NCBI GenBank assembly: GCA_964519595.1
Contig: CAZFJN010000009.1
Coordinates: 1-46,621, forward strand
Reading direction: 5' to 3'
Length of the DNA stretch: 46,621 nt
DNA from: an uncultured Rickettsiales bacterium
GTDB taxonomy: Bacteria; Pseudomonadota; Alphaproteobacteria; Rickettsiales; SXRF01
Part shown: one piece after another, positions 19,225-27,361 of the stretch
Position numbering within the stretch: position 1 is the first letter of the stretch
Layout of the letters: the number at the start of each line of letters is the position of its first letter
Program-made: the position numbers and the translations under genes
Notes under the pieces: model-generated
Told to the model about the DNA's origin: nothing
Databases searched by the model: none
What the model saw: the letters and a program-made list of their open reading frames with translations, nothing else

Positions 19225-20337
19225 CTAACTCGCTATTTTTAGTTTTTCTTCCAAATGCTTACGCTGTTTTAGCTTGCCGGCGATAATATCCTCCTGCATG
19301 TCTTTGGTAAATTCCTTAAATGGCGTATACTCTGCCTCATTACGGAAAAAACCGTTCAACTTAACAGCTACAAGATCAAATTGCTTGAGCGAACCATCAC
19401 CGTCATGATAGTTGCGGTCAATAAAATCATATGGCACAAAACCATATTCACGCAATTGATCAATAACAGCCAGATATTGTGGCGCATTGGCGAATGGACG
19501 AATACGAGTTTCTAAAATCAGCAGTTCAGTTTCCTGCAATATACCTGTTGCACCAGCCAGCACATCCATTTCACCGCCTTCCACATCAACCTTAATAACA
19601 TACGGACCACTGCAGCGATGCTTGCGCGCCAGCGTATCAACACGATACGCTGGAACTACGCGATCCACCCCCTGATTCTGCCTACCGACCACCTCAACAA
19701 CAGAGCTTCCGCCAAAACTAGGATACACACTCATTGTGACAGAACCTTCTTTTGATGTGGCAGCGGCCAATTCATAATGAGCGTCTTTGAAGCGCGCTGC
19801 AATATTTTGCATGAAAGTTTCACTTTCAGCGATTGGATCAATCATGATAATTTTTGAATCAGGTGAAAATTCTAACAACCCAGGGGTGCCTGTGTTTACT
19901 CCTACATCTATAATAGTTGCAGGCTTAAAACCAAGCTCACAAACAAACCTCATCACATCGCCTATGCTGTCACGGATTGGCGTTTTTGATTTCTTTATTA
20001 TGTAGCTGGCAAGACGTCGCGCCGGTTCTGGATCACCTGGATTACAGAGAATAGCTTTTGATAACATCTGCTGAGCTTTACGATCCATACGCAGTGCAAA
20101 ATATGTAACCGAAAGGCTGACATAAAGCTGTGCACACGCAGGATATTTATTCACCATGGCTTCAAGCAATTGCAGTGCCGGAACAAGCTGGAATTTAGCG
20201 CGTAATTCTTCAGCGTCACGCAAAGCCTGTTTTGCTTCTTTTGGCAAAGGTGGTTGTGGATTCACTGAAGAAATGACGGTACTGCGGATTTTATTTTTTA
20301 TTCTATTTTTTAGTCGTGGAATGAAGGCTTTGGCCAT
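19225..20337 (-). CDS. FkbM-family methyltransferase with N-terminal TPR-like region
   Basis: Motifs 'IIDVGVNTGTPG' and 'VIKVDVEGGEMDVLAGA' (FkbM signature). The N-terminal roughly 120 aa are helical repeats. Confidence 0.75.
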   Translation of the reverse strand: MAKAFIPRLKNRIKNKIRSTVISSVNPQPPLPKEAKQALRDAEELRAKFQLVPALQLLEAMVNKYPACAQLYVSLSVTYFALRMDRKAQQMLSKAILCNPGDPEPARRLASYIIKKSKTPIRDSIGDVMRFVCELGFKPATIIDVGVNTGTPGLLEFSPDSKIIMIDPIAESETFMQNIAARFKDAHYELAAATSKEGSVTMSVYPSFGGSSVVEVVGRQNQGVDRVVPAYRVDTLARKHRCSGPYVIKVDVEGGEMDVLAGATGILQETELLILETRIRPFANAPQYLAVIDQLREYGFVPYDFIDRNYHDGDGSLKQFDLVAVKLNGFFRNEAEYTPFKEFTKDMQEDIIAGKLKQRKHLEEKLKIAS

Positions 20338-20428
20338 GGTTATGCCTCACTGATACATTAAAAATGTCCGTGTAACACGGTTTATAAAGTAGTGCAAGTC
20401 AATTCAAAATCTATAAATTCAAAATTTA

Positions 20429-21490
20429 TCAAAATGCGCCGCGAATAAAATCAGCAATCTGGTTTTGCGTAAAGTCATTCATATCTTTGCCGGAAAGATA
20501 TTCTTTATACCATTTTGCAGTTTCAGAAAGCATGTCCTCAGCGCTCATCTGACTTTTCCAACCTAATACACTTGCTGCCTTGCTGGAATCAATACGTAGC
20601 ACTCCAGTTTCAGGATGAAGTGGGTTTTCATATTCAACAGGAATAGGCCGTTCCCACATTCTGGTAACATGCTCCACAATAGCACGAACCGGCATCGGCT
20701 TAGTATCAAGTGGTGCAAAATTAAAAGCTTCCGTTACACCTTCTTTTTTTTCTTTCAAGGCTGCAGCGAGCATAATATAGCCCCACAATACATCTAGAAC
20801 ATATTGCCATGGACGTATCGCATCAGGATAACGAAGGCGAATCGGCGTATTATTAACAGCGCAGCGGTAAAGATCAGGAACTAGGCGGTTGGCACCAAAA
20901 TCACCTCCACCTAAAACATTGCCAGCGCGCGCAGTAGCAACAGCAATCTGACCTGATGAAAAAAACGCACTGCGATAAGCATGGCTTACAATTTCAGCAC
21001 AGGCTTTACTGGCAGTATAAGGATCACTTCCGCCCAGATGAGAATCTTCACTGTAAGGCGTTTGGCTTTCGAGATTTTTATAACATTTGTCACTGGTTAT
21101 CATAACCGCCGCAACTGGTTTATTCACACTGCGTAATGCGTCCAGCACATTCACCGTACCAATTATGTTAGAAGAAAATGTCCCAACCGGATCTCGGTAT
21201 GATTCTAACACCAGAGGTTGTGACGCCATATGAAATACCATATCTGGCTGTATTTTCTCGATGCATGTACGCATTTTTTTTTCATCACGCACATCGATAA
21301 TATTTGATCTCTCAAGCTTCGATTCTATGTTAAGTAGTTCAAACAGGCTGGGAGTAGTCGGTGGTGGCAAGGCAATACCAGTTACCCGCGCACCGAGGGC
21401 ATTAAGCAGAAGGCAAAGCCAACTGCCTTTGAAACCAGTATGACCTGTAACAAGTACGCTAGCACCATGAAAAGATGTTTTAATCGACAT
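20429..21490 (-). CDS. rfbG: CDP-glucose 4,6-dehydratase
   Basis: Motifs 'VLVTGHTGFKGSWL', 'YTASKACAE' and 'RAGNVLGGGD'. I placed the start at ATG 21490; the track ORF extends 20 codons further. Confidence 0.9.
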   Translation of the reverse strand: MSIKTSFHGASVLVTGHTGFKGSWLCLLLNALGARVTGIALPPPTTPSLFELLNIESKLERSNIIDVRDEKKMRTCIEKIQPDMVFHMASQPLVLESYRDPVGTFSSNIIGTVNVLDALRSVNKPVAAVMITSDKCYKNLESQTPYSEDSHLGGSDPYTASKACAEIVSHAYRSAFFSSGQIAVATARAGNVLGGGDFGANRLVPDLYRCAVNNTPIRLRYPDAIRPWQYVLDVLWGYIMLAAALKEKKEGVTEAFNFAPLDTKPMPVRAIVEHVTRMWERPIPVEYENPLHPETGVLRIDSSKAASVLGWKSQMSAEDMLSETAKWYKEYLSGKDMNDFTQNQIADFIRGAF

Positions 21491-21600
21491 AATAAAAGGC
21501 TGCGTAATGGCGAATAATGGTTTTGTCAAGCTACTAGAGAATATTAGCAATAAAATCGATAGGACACTGCCTGTGCATTTCGAAGGATGATAAATCTATA

Positions 21601-21762
21601 AGAGCCTGTAGCGATTTATCTTTTGAGTGGATTTTTGAGGAGTTTTTTGTCCTTATTTTACCAAAAATTTAGTGCGTAGTGGTTCTACGCACTAAATTTT
21701 TGGTAAAATAAGGGCGTAAAAGCACCAAAAAGACGCCAAAATGATAATTCGCTACAGGCTCT
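21601..21762. repeat. 162-bp imperfect palindrome (MITE-like) with a perfect 29-bp inner stem (21651-21679 / 21685-21713, loop tggtt) and 14-bp perfect outer arms (agagcctgtagcga)
   Basis: I reverse-complemented the arms by hand. The middle section is only partly complementary. Confidence 0.9.
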
Positions 21763-21783
21763 AAGACTATATAAACTACAATT

Positions 21784-23049
21784 TTATTTTTCTAGCCATT
21801 TAGTATTGTAAATAGTTTGCGCTAGAAACTGATTTCCAAGAGGTGACATATGCGCCCAATCACAATAATAACCAAGCCCTGCCCATATAGAATCATTTTT
21901 TGAGCGAAACTCATAAACCACATCACGACCATCAATAGTAAGAAAACCAGACTTTTTTGCAATGTTAACTACTGCATTGAATGGTTCTACAATCTGAGTG
22001 TATTGATCAGGAAGCGGACGAACAATATCAGGGTTAGAGATGTAAACCGACGGATGCGCTACATATACACTATGTTTGATTCGATTATCATGTAAAAGTT
22101 TTTTTATTGGCAACACGGCATTTTCCGGTTCTAGCAATACGCCAGAACGCATTCGACTGTTTAAATCATTCTCGTAATGTACATACACCACCCCAACCAC
22201 CTTACCTTTATAACGCTCCAGAAGCATTTTCAGACGCAGGTAATTGTCATCAGCCTGTGAACTGGGAATTCCTGAATTGATTACGCGGTATTCAGGATAT
22301 AGTTTTTGTAGGAAGGAAGGCAGAGTACTCTCATCCCCCATGCGTGCGCCATACACCATGCTATCGCCGATCACTAAAATAATGCGATCACTTTTAACCT
22401 CTGGCAATGTTAACCGATAACCTTCTTCCGTAATAGTAATTGGAACCATTCGTGTCACATAGTGATCAATAAAATATTGCGCTTCCTTGCTTGGTTTCCC
22501 TTCTGGACGTGGCCCGTAGAGATGAGGCTGTACCCACACACCATCAAAAAATCCCTGAATTGTACCATTCATACGACGTGCAGGCATCAGACCTGCTTTT
22601 TCATCCATATTGCCACGCTGTTCAATTATTTCAGCCTTTAAATTTAATCGTTTTTTTTGTATGGCTATTTCATCATCAATGATTTTATTGACATCACCAC
22701 CAACAGTATAACCTGCCTCAGACAGAATTGGTATCCATGCCTTTAAATGCTCCCAGTTCTGAATGTAGCGCTGCGGTAGAATCTGCCATGGATAAGTTTC
22801 GGGACGATAGAGACTCGCATCCGGCATTGATCCTGCCGATTGCACTAATAAAGCATGATTATTCTCCGATGGAGTGTCAGCAATTCCTGCGGCATGATCG
22901 AATGAGAACCAACGCAAGGCAGTCAATAGCTGCGCGCTGATACTTTCATGTTTTTCAGTTCCTTTGTATAAAGAATAACCTCCCTCTAACGTCAACACAG
23001 TAATAGCAACTATAAGCACGCCAATCAAAAAATCAGTAACCTTAGACAT
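21784..23049 (-). CDS. Membrane-anchored SGNH/GDSL-type hydrolase or acyl-modifying enzyme
   Basis: N-terminal TM 'FLIGVLIVAITVL', block I 'ILVIGDSMVYG' and block V-like 'CDWAHMSPLGN'. I placed the start at ATG 23049; the track uses a TTG at 23079. Confidence 0.55.
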   Translation of the reverse strand: MSKVTDFLIGVLIVAITVLTLEGGYSLYKGTEKHESISAQLLTALRWFSFDHAAGIADTPSENNHALLVQSAGSMPDASLYRPETYPWQILPQRYIQNWEHLKAWIPILSEAGYTVGGDVNKIIDDEIAIQKKRLNLKAEIIEQRGNMDEKAGLMPARRMNGTIQGFFDGVWVQPHLYGPRPEGKPSKEAQYFIDHYVTRMVPITITEEGYRLTLPEVKSDRIILVIGDSMVYGARMGDESTLPSFLQKLYPEYRVINSGIPSSQADDNYLRLKMLLERYKGKVVGVVYVHYENDLNSRMRSGVLLEPENAVLPIKKLLHDNRIKHSVYVAHPSVYISNPDIVRPLPDQYTQIVEPFNAVVNIAKKSGFLTIDGRDVVYEFRSKNDSIWAGLGYYCDWAHMSPLGNQFLAQTIYNTKWLEK

Positions 23050-23186
23050 ATGATTCGATCTTGTGTTGGAGAATGACAAAGATTATGAACAAAAGTCTAT
23101 CTAATACACAATAATATCTATTGCAATTGGTTTGGTGATACGTCTTATATGCTGTATTAACACTTAGTATCGTGCAAGGGGTTGCT

Positions 23187-23621
23187 ATGAAAAAAAACAT
23201 TGGCTTACACGAGCATTTTCAGCGCGAAGAAAAGCTAGACACCGCATCCGATCGCGGTTTCGGATTAGTAATGGCAGCGGTATTTTTGTTATTGGCAGCG
23301 TTTGCAAGTTATCACAACCATGTTACAAAAGCACTTATATTGCTCGTGGTGGCTGTTGTATTTTTATTTACAGCAATTATACATCCAGAGAGATTGTCGA
23401 TGCTCAATCTTTTATGGACGCGCTTTGGCCTGCTTCTGCACAAAATAACCAATCCTATTTTAATGTTGCTTATTTATCTGACAGCCATTGTGCCAATGGG
23501 ATTGTTGCTTAAATTATTTGGCAAAGATCCGCTGAACCGTAAATTCCAGCCTTACGCTGAAAGCTATTGGATTACGCGCCAGCCTGGGCCATTGCCGGAG
23601 ACAATGCGTAATCAGTTTTAA
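23187..23621 (+). CDS. SxtJ-family small membrane protein
   Basis: About 144 aa with three hydrophobic helices and a tail 'LFGKDPLNRKF...SYWITRQPGP...MRNQF'. This matches my recollection of SxtJ-like proteins found next to carbamoyltransferases. Confidence 0.6.
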   Translation: MKKNIGLHEHFQREEKLDTASDRGFGLVMAAVFLLLAAFASYHNHVTKALILLVVAVVFLFTAIIHPERLSMLNLLWTRFGLLLHKITNPILMLLIYLTAIVPMGLLLKLFGKDPLNRKFQPYAESYWITRQPGPLPETMRNQF

Positions 23622-23651
23622 AGAAAATCTTGAAGAACCTTAGAGGGTCTT

Positions 23652-23804
23652 ATGGTTGATTTTATTCGTGAACTATGGCGTTTCATGCGCGCGCGCAAAA
23701 AATTCTGGCTGCTACCAGTAATGGTCATTATGATCATGTTAGGCGGTCTGCTAGTGCTTGTGAAAGGCTCCACGGTTGCACCGTTTATCTACGCTCTGTT
23801 TTAG
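23652..23804 (+). CDS. SxtK-like / DUF5989-type 50-aa membrane peptide (below the ORF-track cutoff)
   Basis: Hand translation: MVDFIRELWRFMRARKKFWLLPVMVIMIMLGGLLVLVKGSTVAPFIYALF. An RBS-like gaggg lies 6 nt upstream. The stop is 6 nt before the carbamoyltransferase ATG. Confidence 0.6.
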   Translation: MVDFIRELWRFMRARKKFWLLPVMVIMIMLGGLLVLVKGSTVAPFIYALF

Positions 23805-23810
23805 TTTCAC

Positions 23811-25643
23811 ATGCGTATCCTAGGAATTTCCGCTTTTTACCACGATAGCGCCGCCGCTTTGCTTGCGGATGGCAAGATTGTTGCCGCCGCGCAGGAAGAG
23901 CGTTTTACGCGGAAAAAACATGATGCACGTTTTCCGTCCAGTGCAATTAGCTATTGTTTAAAGGAAGCAGGAATAACTCTTGCTGATATTGATTATGTCG
24001 CATTTCATGAAAAACCATTTATAAAATTTGAGCGGTTGGTTGAAACCTATCTGGCATGTATGCCGTATGGATTTACCTCTTTCCGCGCGGCAATACCATT
24101 GTGGCTAAAGGAAAAATTATTTCAGAAAAGCTTGCTGCGTGACGAGTTGCGCCGCTTTGATCCGGAGTTTGATCACACACGTAAATTGTTATTTGCCGAG
24201 CATCACCAAAGTCATGCGGCAAGCGCATTTTTCCCTTCTCCATTTGAAGAAGCAGCTGTGCTTACCATGGATGGCGTAGGCGAATGGGCAACTACCAGCG
24301 CTGGAATGGGAAGTGGAAATAAACTAACGCTGCATAAGGAAATCCATTTTCCGCATTCACTCGGCCTGCTTTATTCTGCTTTCACCTACTATCTTGGTTT
24401 TAAAGTCAATTCAGGTGAATATAAGGTTATGGGACTTGCTCCTTATGGCGAGGCAAAATACGCAGGTAAGATTCTCGATCACCTAATAGATCTCAAAGAA
24501 GATGGTAGCTTTCGGTTAGATCAACGTTATTTCAACTACGCCACTGGACTAACCATGACATCGCCAAGATTTGATAAACTGTTTGGCGGATTGCCACGCT
24601 CTGCAGAATCGCCACTGACTCAGCGCGATATGGATCTCGCCGCATCTATTCAGTTAGTCACGGAAGAAATTGTTTTACGCCTTTCCCGGTCATTAGCAAA
24701 GGAAACTGGCGCAAAGAATCTATGCTTAGCCGGTGGCGTTGCGCTTAATTGCGTGGCCAACGGAAAAATATTGCGCGACGGAGCTTTTGAGCGCATTTGG
24801 ATTCAACCGGCGGCAGGTGATGCAGGATGTGCTCTAGGAGCGGCATTAGCTGTGCATTACGGTTTTCTAAACCAACCACGCACGCCACAACCACATGATG
24901 CTATGCACGGCAGCTATCTGGGGCCTGAGTTCACGCAGCCTGAAATTGAAGCGGCACTCAACGAGTGTGGAGCTAATTTTGAAACACTCGATGATGCAAA
25001 ATTGCTGGATACAGTTGTGGATTATTTATCCGGCGGCAATGCCGTCGGCTGGTTTCAGGGAAGGATGGAATTTGGCCCACGCGCACTGGGAAATCGCTCT
25101 ATTCTTGGCGATCCACGCTCATCTGTTATGCAGAAAACTCTCAATTTAAAAGTCAAATTCCGTGAAAGTTTTAGGCCATTTGCACCATCAGTACTAGCAG
25201 AACATGTAGCAGAATGGTTTGAACTGAACGAAGCAAGTCCCTACATGCTGCTGGTTGCTCCGGTTAAATCATCACGCTGTATGCCAATTAGCGAAGAAAA
25301 TAAAAAACTATTCGGCATAGACAAGTTGAACCTTACACGCTCTGAAATTCCTGCCGTAACGCATGTTGATTATTCCGCTCGCGTTCAAACCGTGCATGAG
25401 CAAACAAATCCACGCTATTATCAATTGCTTAAAGCATTCGAGCGGCGCACAGGTTGCCCGATGCTGGTCAATACTAGCTTCAATGTACGCGGAGAGCCTA
25501 TTGTTGCAACCCCGCAAGACGCTTTCCGCTGCTTCATGGGAAGCGGTATCGAGGTGCTGGTAATAGGCAATTGCCTGCTACGCAAAGAGCTTCAGAACAC
25601 CGCGCTAGCAAATGACTATACCAGCGCATTTGAGTTAGATTAG
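23811..25643 (+). CDS. Carbamoyltransferase, NodU/CmcH family
   Basis: Motifs 'MRILGISAFYHDSAAALLADGKIVAAAQEERFTRKKHD', 'AGGVALNC' and 'VNTSFNVRGEPIV'. Confidence 0.92.
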   Translation: MRILGISAFYHDSAAALLADGKIVAAAQEERFTRKKHDARFPSSAISYCLKEAGITLADIDYVAFHEKPFIKFERLVETYLACMPYGFTSFRAAIPLWLKEKLFQKSLLRDELRRFDPEFDHTRKLLFAEHHQSHAASAFFPSPFEEAAVLTMDGVGEWATTSAGMGSGNKLTLHKEIHFPHSLGLLYSAFTYYLGFKVNSGEYKVMGLAPYGEAKYAGKILDHLIDLKEDGSFRLDQRYFNYATGLTMTSPRFDKLFGGLPRSAESPLTQRDMDLAASIQLVTEEIVLRLSRSLAKETGAKNLCLAGGVALNCVANGKILRDGAFERIWIQPAAGDAGCALGAALAVHYGFLNQPRTPQPHDAMHGSYLGPEFTQPEIEAALNECGANFETLDDAKLLDTVVDYLSGGNAVGWFQGRMEFGPRALGNRSILGDPRSSVMQKTLNLKVKFRESFRPFAPSVLAEHVAEWFELNEASPYMLLVAPVKSSRCMPISEENKKLFGIDKLNLTRSEIPAVTHVDYSARVQTVHEQTNPRYYQLLKAFERRTGCPMLVNTSFNVRGEPIVATPQDAFRCFMGSGIEVLVIGNCLLRKELQNTALANDYTSAFELD

Positions 25644-25661
25644 CCACCCATAGAGCATATT

Positions 25662-26309
25662 CTACCTTTGATAAATAAACCATTCATTGAAAGCCTCTCC
25701 ACCTGAACCTTCAAGTAATGGACAAGGCTCTTTTTCTACTGAAATCAATTTAAAGCCAGGAAGGTTATGATCTGTGTGTATCTTCGGTGCAGGAGTGGTG
25801 ACATAATATCCTTCAGGCTCAATAATTTTTGCAAGTTTCTCTATATAAACTTCATATTTTTCTTCAGTCATATGAGCAGAAGAAAAACAGTCGACTACCC
25901 AGTTAAAGGTCACGCCAAAAATATCCAATGCCAAAGAAGAATCATGTGCAACACGTACTTTCTTTTGACTCAATCCATGCAATGGCAACTCGTACCCCAT
26001 TAAAGCCTCGATGCTAGGAAGATACGCTTCTATGCCAAAATAATGTCCTTTTTCAAGATATGCCGCCAGCCATATAGCCAGACGCCCTGATCCACAGCCA
26101 AAATCCAGTACGCGTGCGGTTTTTGGAAGTCCTTTCTTCAGCAAATAATCGGCCTGATAGCGGCCCAATATCCACGGTCTTCCATAGGCTTGGTGATGTT
26201 CTTCTCTCAACAGCGCCGTATCAATTGAAAGCTCATTCCATTCGGTGCTGTCATACAAAACCGTATTTGTAGTTTGTGGTTTCATTCTCCAACCTGAATA
26301 AATGCTCAT
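25662..26309 (-). CDS. Class I SAM-dependent methyltransferase
   Basis: Motif I 'RVLDFGCGSGRLAIWLA'. It converges on the carbamoyltransferase gene with an 18-nt gap. Confidence 0.7.
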   Translation of the reverse strand: MSIYSGWRMKPQTTNTVLYDSTEWNELSIDTALLREEHHQAYGRPWILGRYQADYLLKKGLPKTARVLDFGCGSGRLAIWLAAYLEKGHYFGIEAYLPSIEALMGYELPLHGLSQKKVRVAHDSSLALDIFGVTFNWVVDCFSSAHMTEEKYEVYIEKLAKIIEPEGYYVTTPAPKIHTDHNLPGFKLISVEKEPCPLLEGSGGEAFNEWFIYQR

Positions 26310-26331
26310 AATTTATAACCTTGTTGGAAAA

Positions 26332-27357
26332 TTAAGATTGATAAGAATGAGATGTGATTTTCTGAGTAATGTTATACATGGAGTAGCATTTGTCCATAAT
26401 GAACTTTCGAACATCAGGTAATACGTGTTCATGGCGATCACTGGCCGGCACAATAACGCCTGCCGGAGCTTGTATAAAGCTGGAATTCGCTTCTATCGGA
26501 ATGTTATTAAATGTTGGAGTATTTTTTCGTGATGTCCTGAGATTTGCAAATTTATATATTTTCTTAAGAAGAAGAAGTGGCGATTGTAACATCTCCTCAA
26601 ATGAGACCAGCAACACCTTGCCAGGACGCTTCTTAAATTGGTACATTGCAGATCCGGTTGATTCCATCCATAAATCAGTCGCCGCTACCACATCACCATA
26701 ACGATCCGGCATATACCTGCTTGCAGATGCGTACCATGAAACAGGATCGCGTATAATGCTGATGAGAAGGCCGTCCTGATAGTCGCGAAAAAACCCCTTT
26801 ATCTCAGCCGCATTGGCTGCCACACGCGCAGCAAACGCCACCCAATAGCGTATTTTATTAGGATCACGGTAGAGTGATTGATAATCCAACCATGCATTAA
26901 AATATGAGGTAATGTACGCATCAAGAATGGAACGCTGGGAATCTTTCCCATATAAAATCAAACATTCTGAGAAAATTTCCTGCTGTAACGATGTGCAGAA
27001 AATGAAGGGCAGCTTGCTTTGCTGCGCCACACCATCCTTGCTATAGCCTTGTATAGAATGTGTACGTGCAGGATGCTCGCAGAGCAAATCAAATAACTCC
27101 TGCGGCGATGATTTAATATCCAATTTTGGCCAGTAATATTTATTTGGCCTGCCAATATGTAGCTCTGAATGGTGAACGTGCAGTTGCGAATGTCCGTCCA
27201 ACAGCTGACTTAATAGCGTTCCGCCACTGCGCTGAACCTGTGAAATTAGTAATAACGGCTGACGAATGGGAACAATAAATGATCTGCGCTGTCCGCGAAT
27301 AATCTGGTTATTATCAAAAACATCTTCAATATTAGGAGGAGGCATCGGAATAAACAT
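26332..27357 (-). CDS. Sulfotransferase-family protein
   Basis: A 5'-PSB-like loop 'VQRSGGTLLSQLL' near the N-terminus and a later 'RDPVSWYAS' (3'-PB-like). It lies immediately downstream of wzt. Confidence 0.62.
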   Translation of the reverse strand: MFIPMPPPNIEDVFDNNQIIRGQRRSFIVPIRQPLLLISQVQRSGGTLLSQLLDGHSQLHVHHSELHIGRPNKYYWPKLDIKSSPQELFDLLCEHPARTHSIQGYSKDGVAQQSKLPFIFCTSLQQEIFSECLILYGKDSQRSILDAYITSYFNAWLDYQSLYRDPNKIRYWVAFAARVAANAAEIKGFFRDYQDGLLISIIRDPVSWYASASRYMPDRYGDVVAATDLWMESTGSAMYQFKKRPGKVLLVSFEEMLQSPLLLLKKIYKFANLRTSRKNTPTFNNIPIEANSSFIQAPAGVIVPASDRHEHVLPDVRKFIMDKCYSMYNITQKITSHSYQS

Positions 27358-27361
27358 GCGA

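Noticed and set aside
23187-27357. Saxitoxin-like toxin cluster (SxtI/J/K-like genes plus a sulfotransferase)
   Set aside because: None of the core sxt genes are present (SxtA-type PKS-like enzyme, amidinotransferase, cyclases, dioxygenases SxtH/T). The neighbours are Wzm/Wzt and sugar-nucleotide genes, so a glycan carbamoylation role is far more likely.
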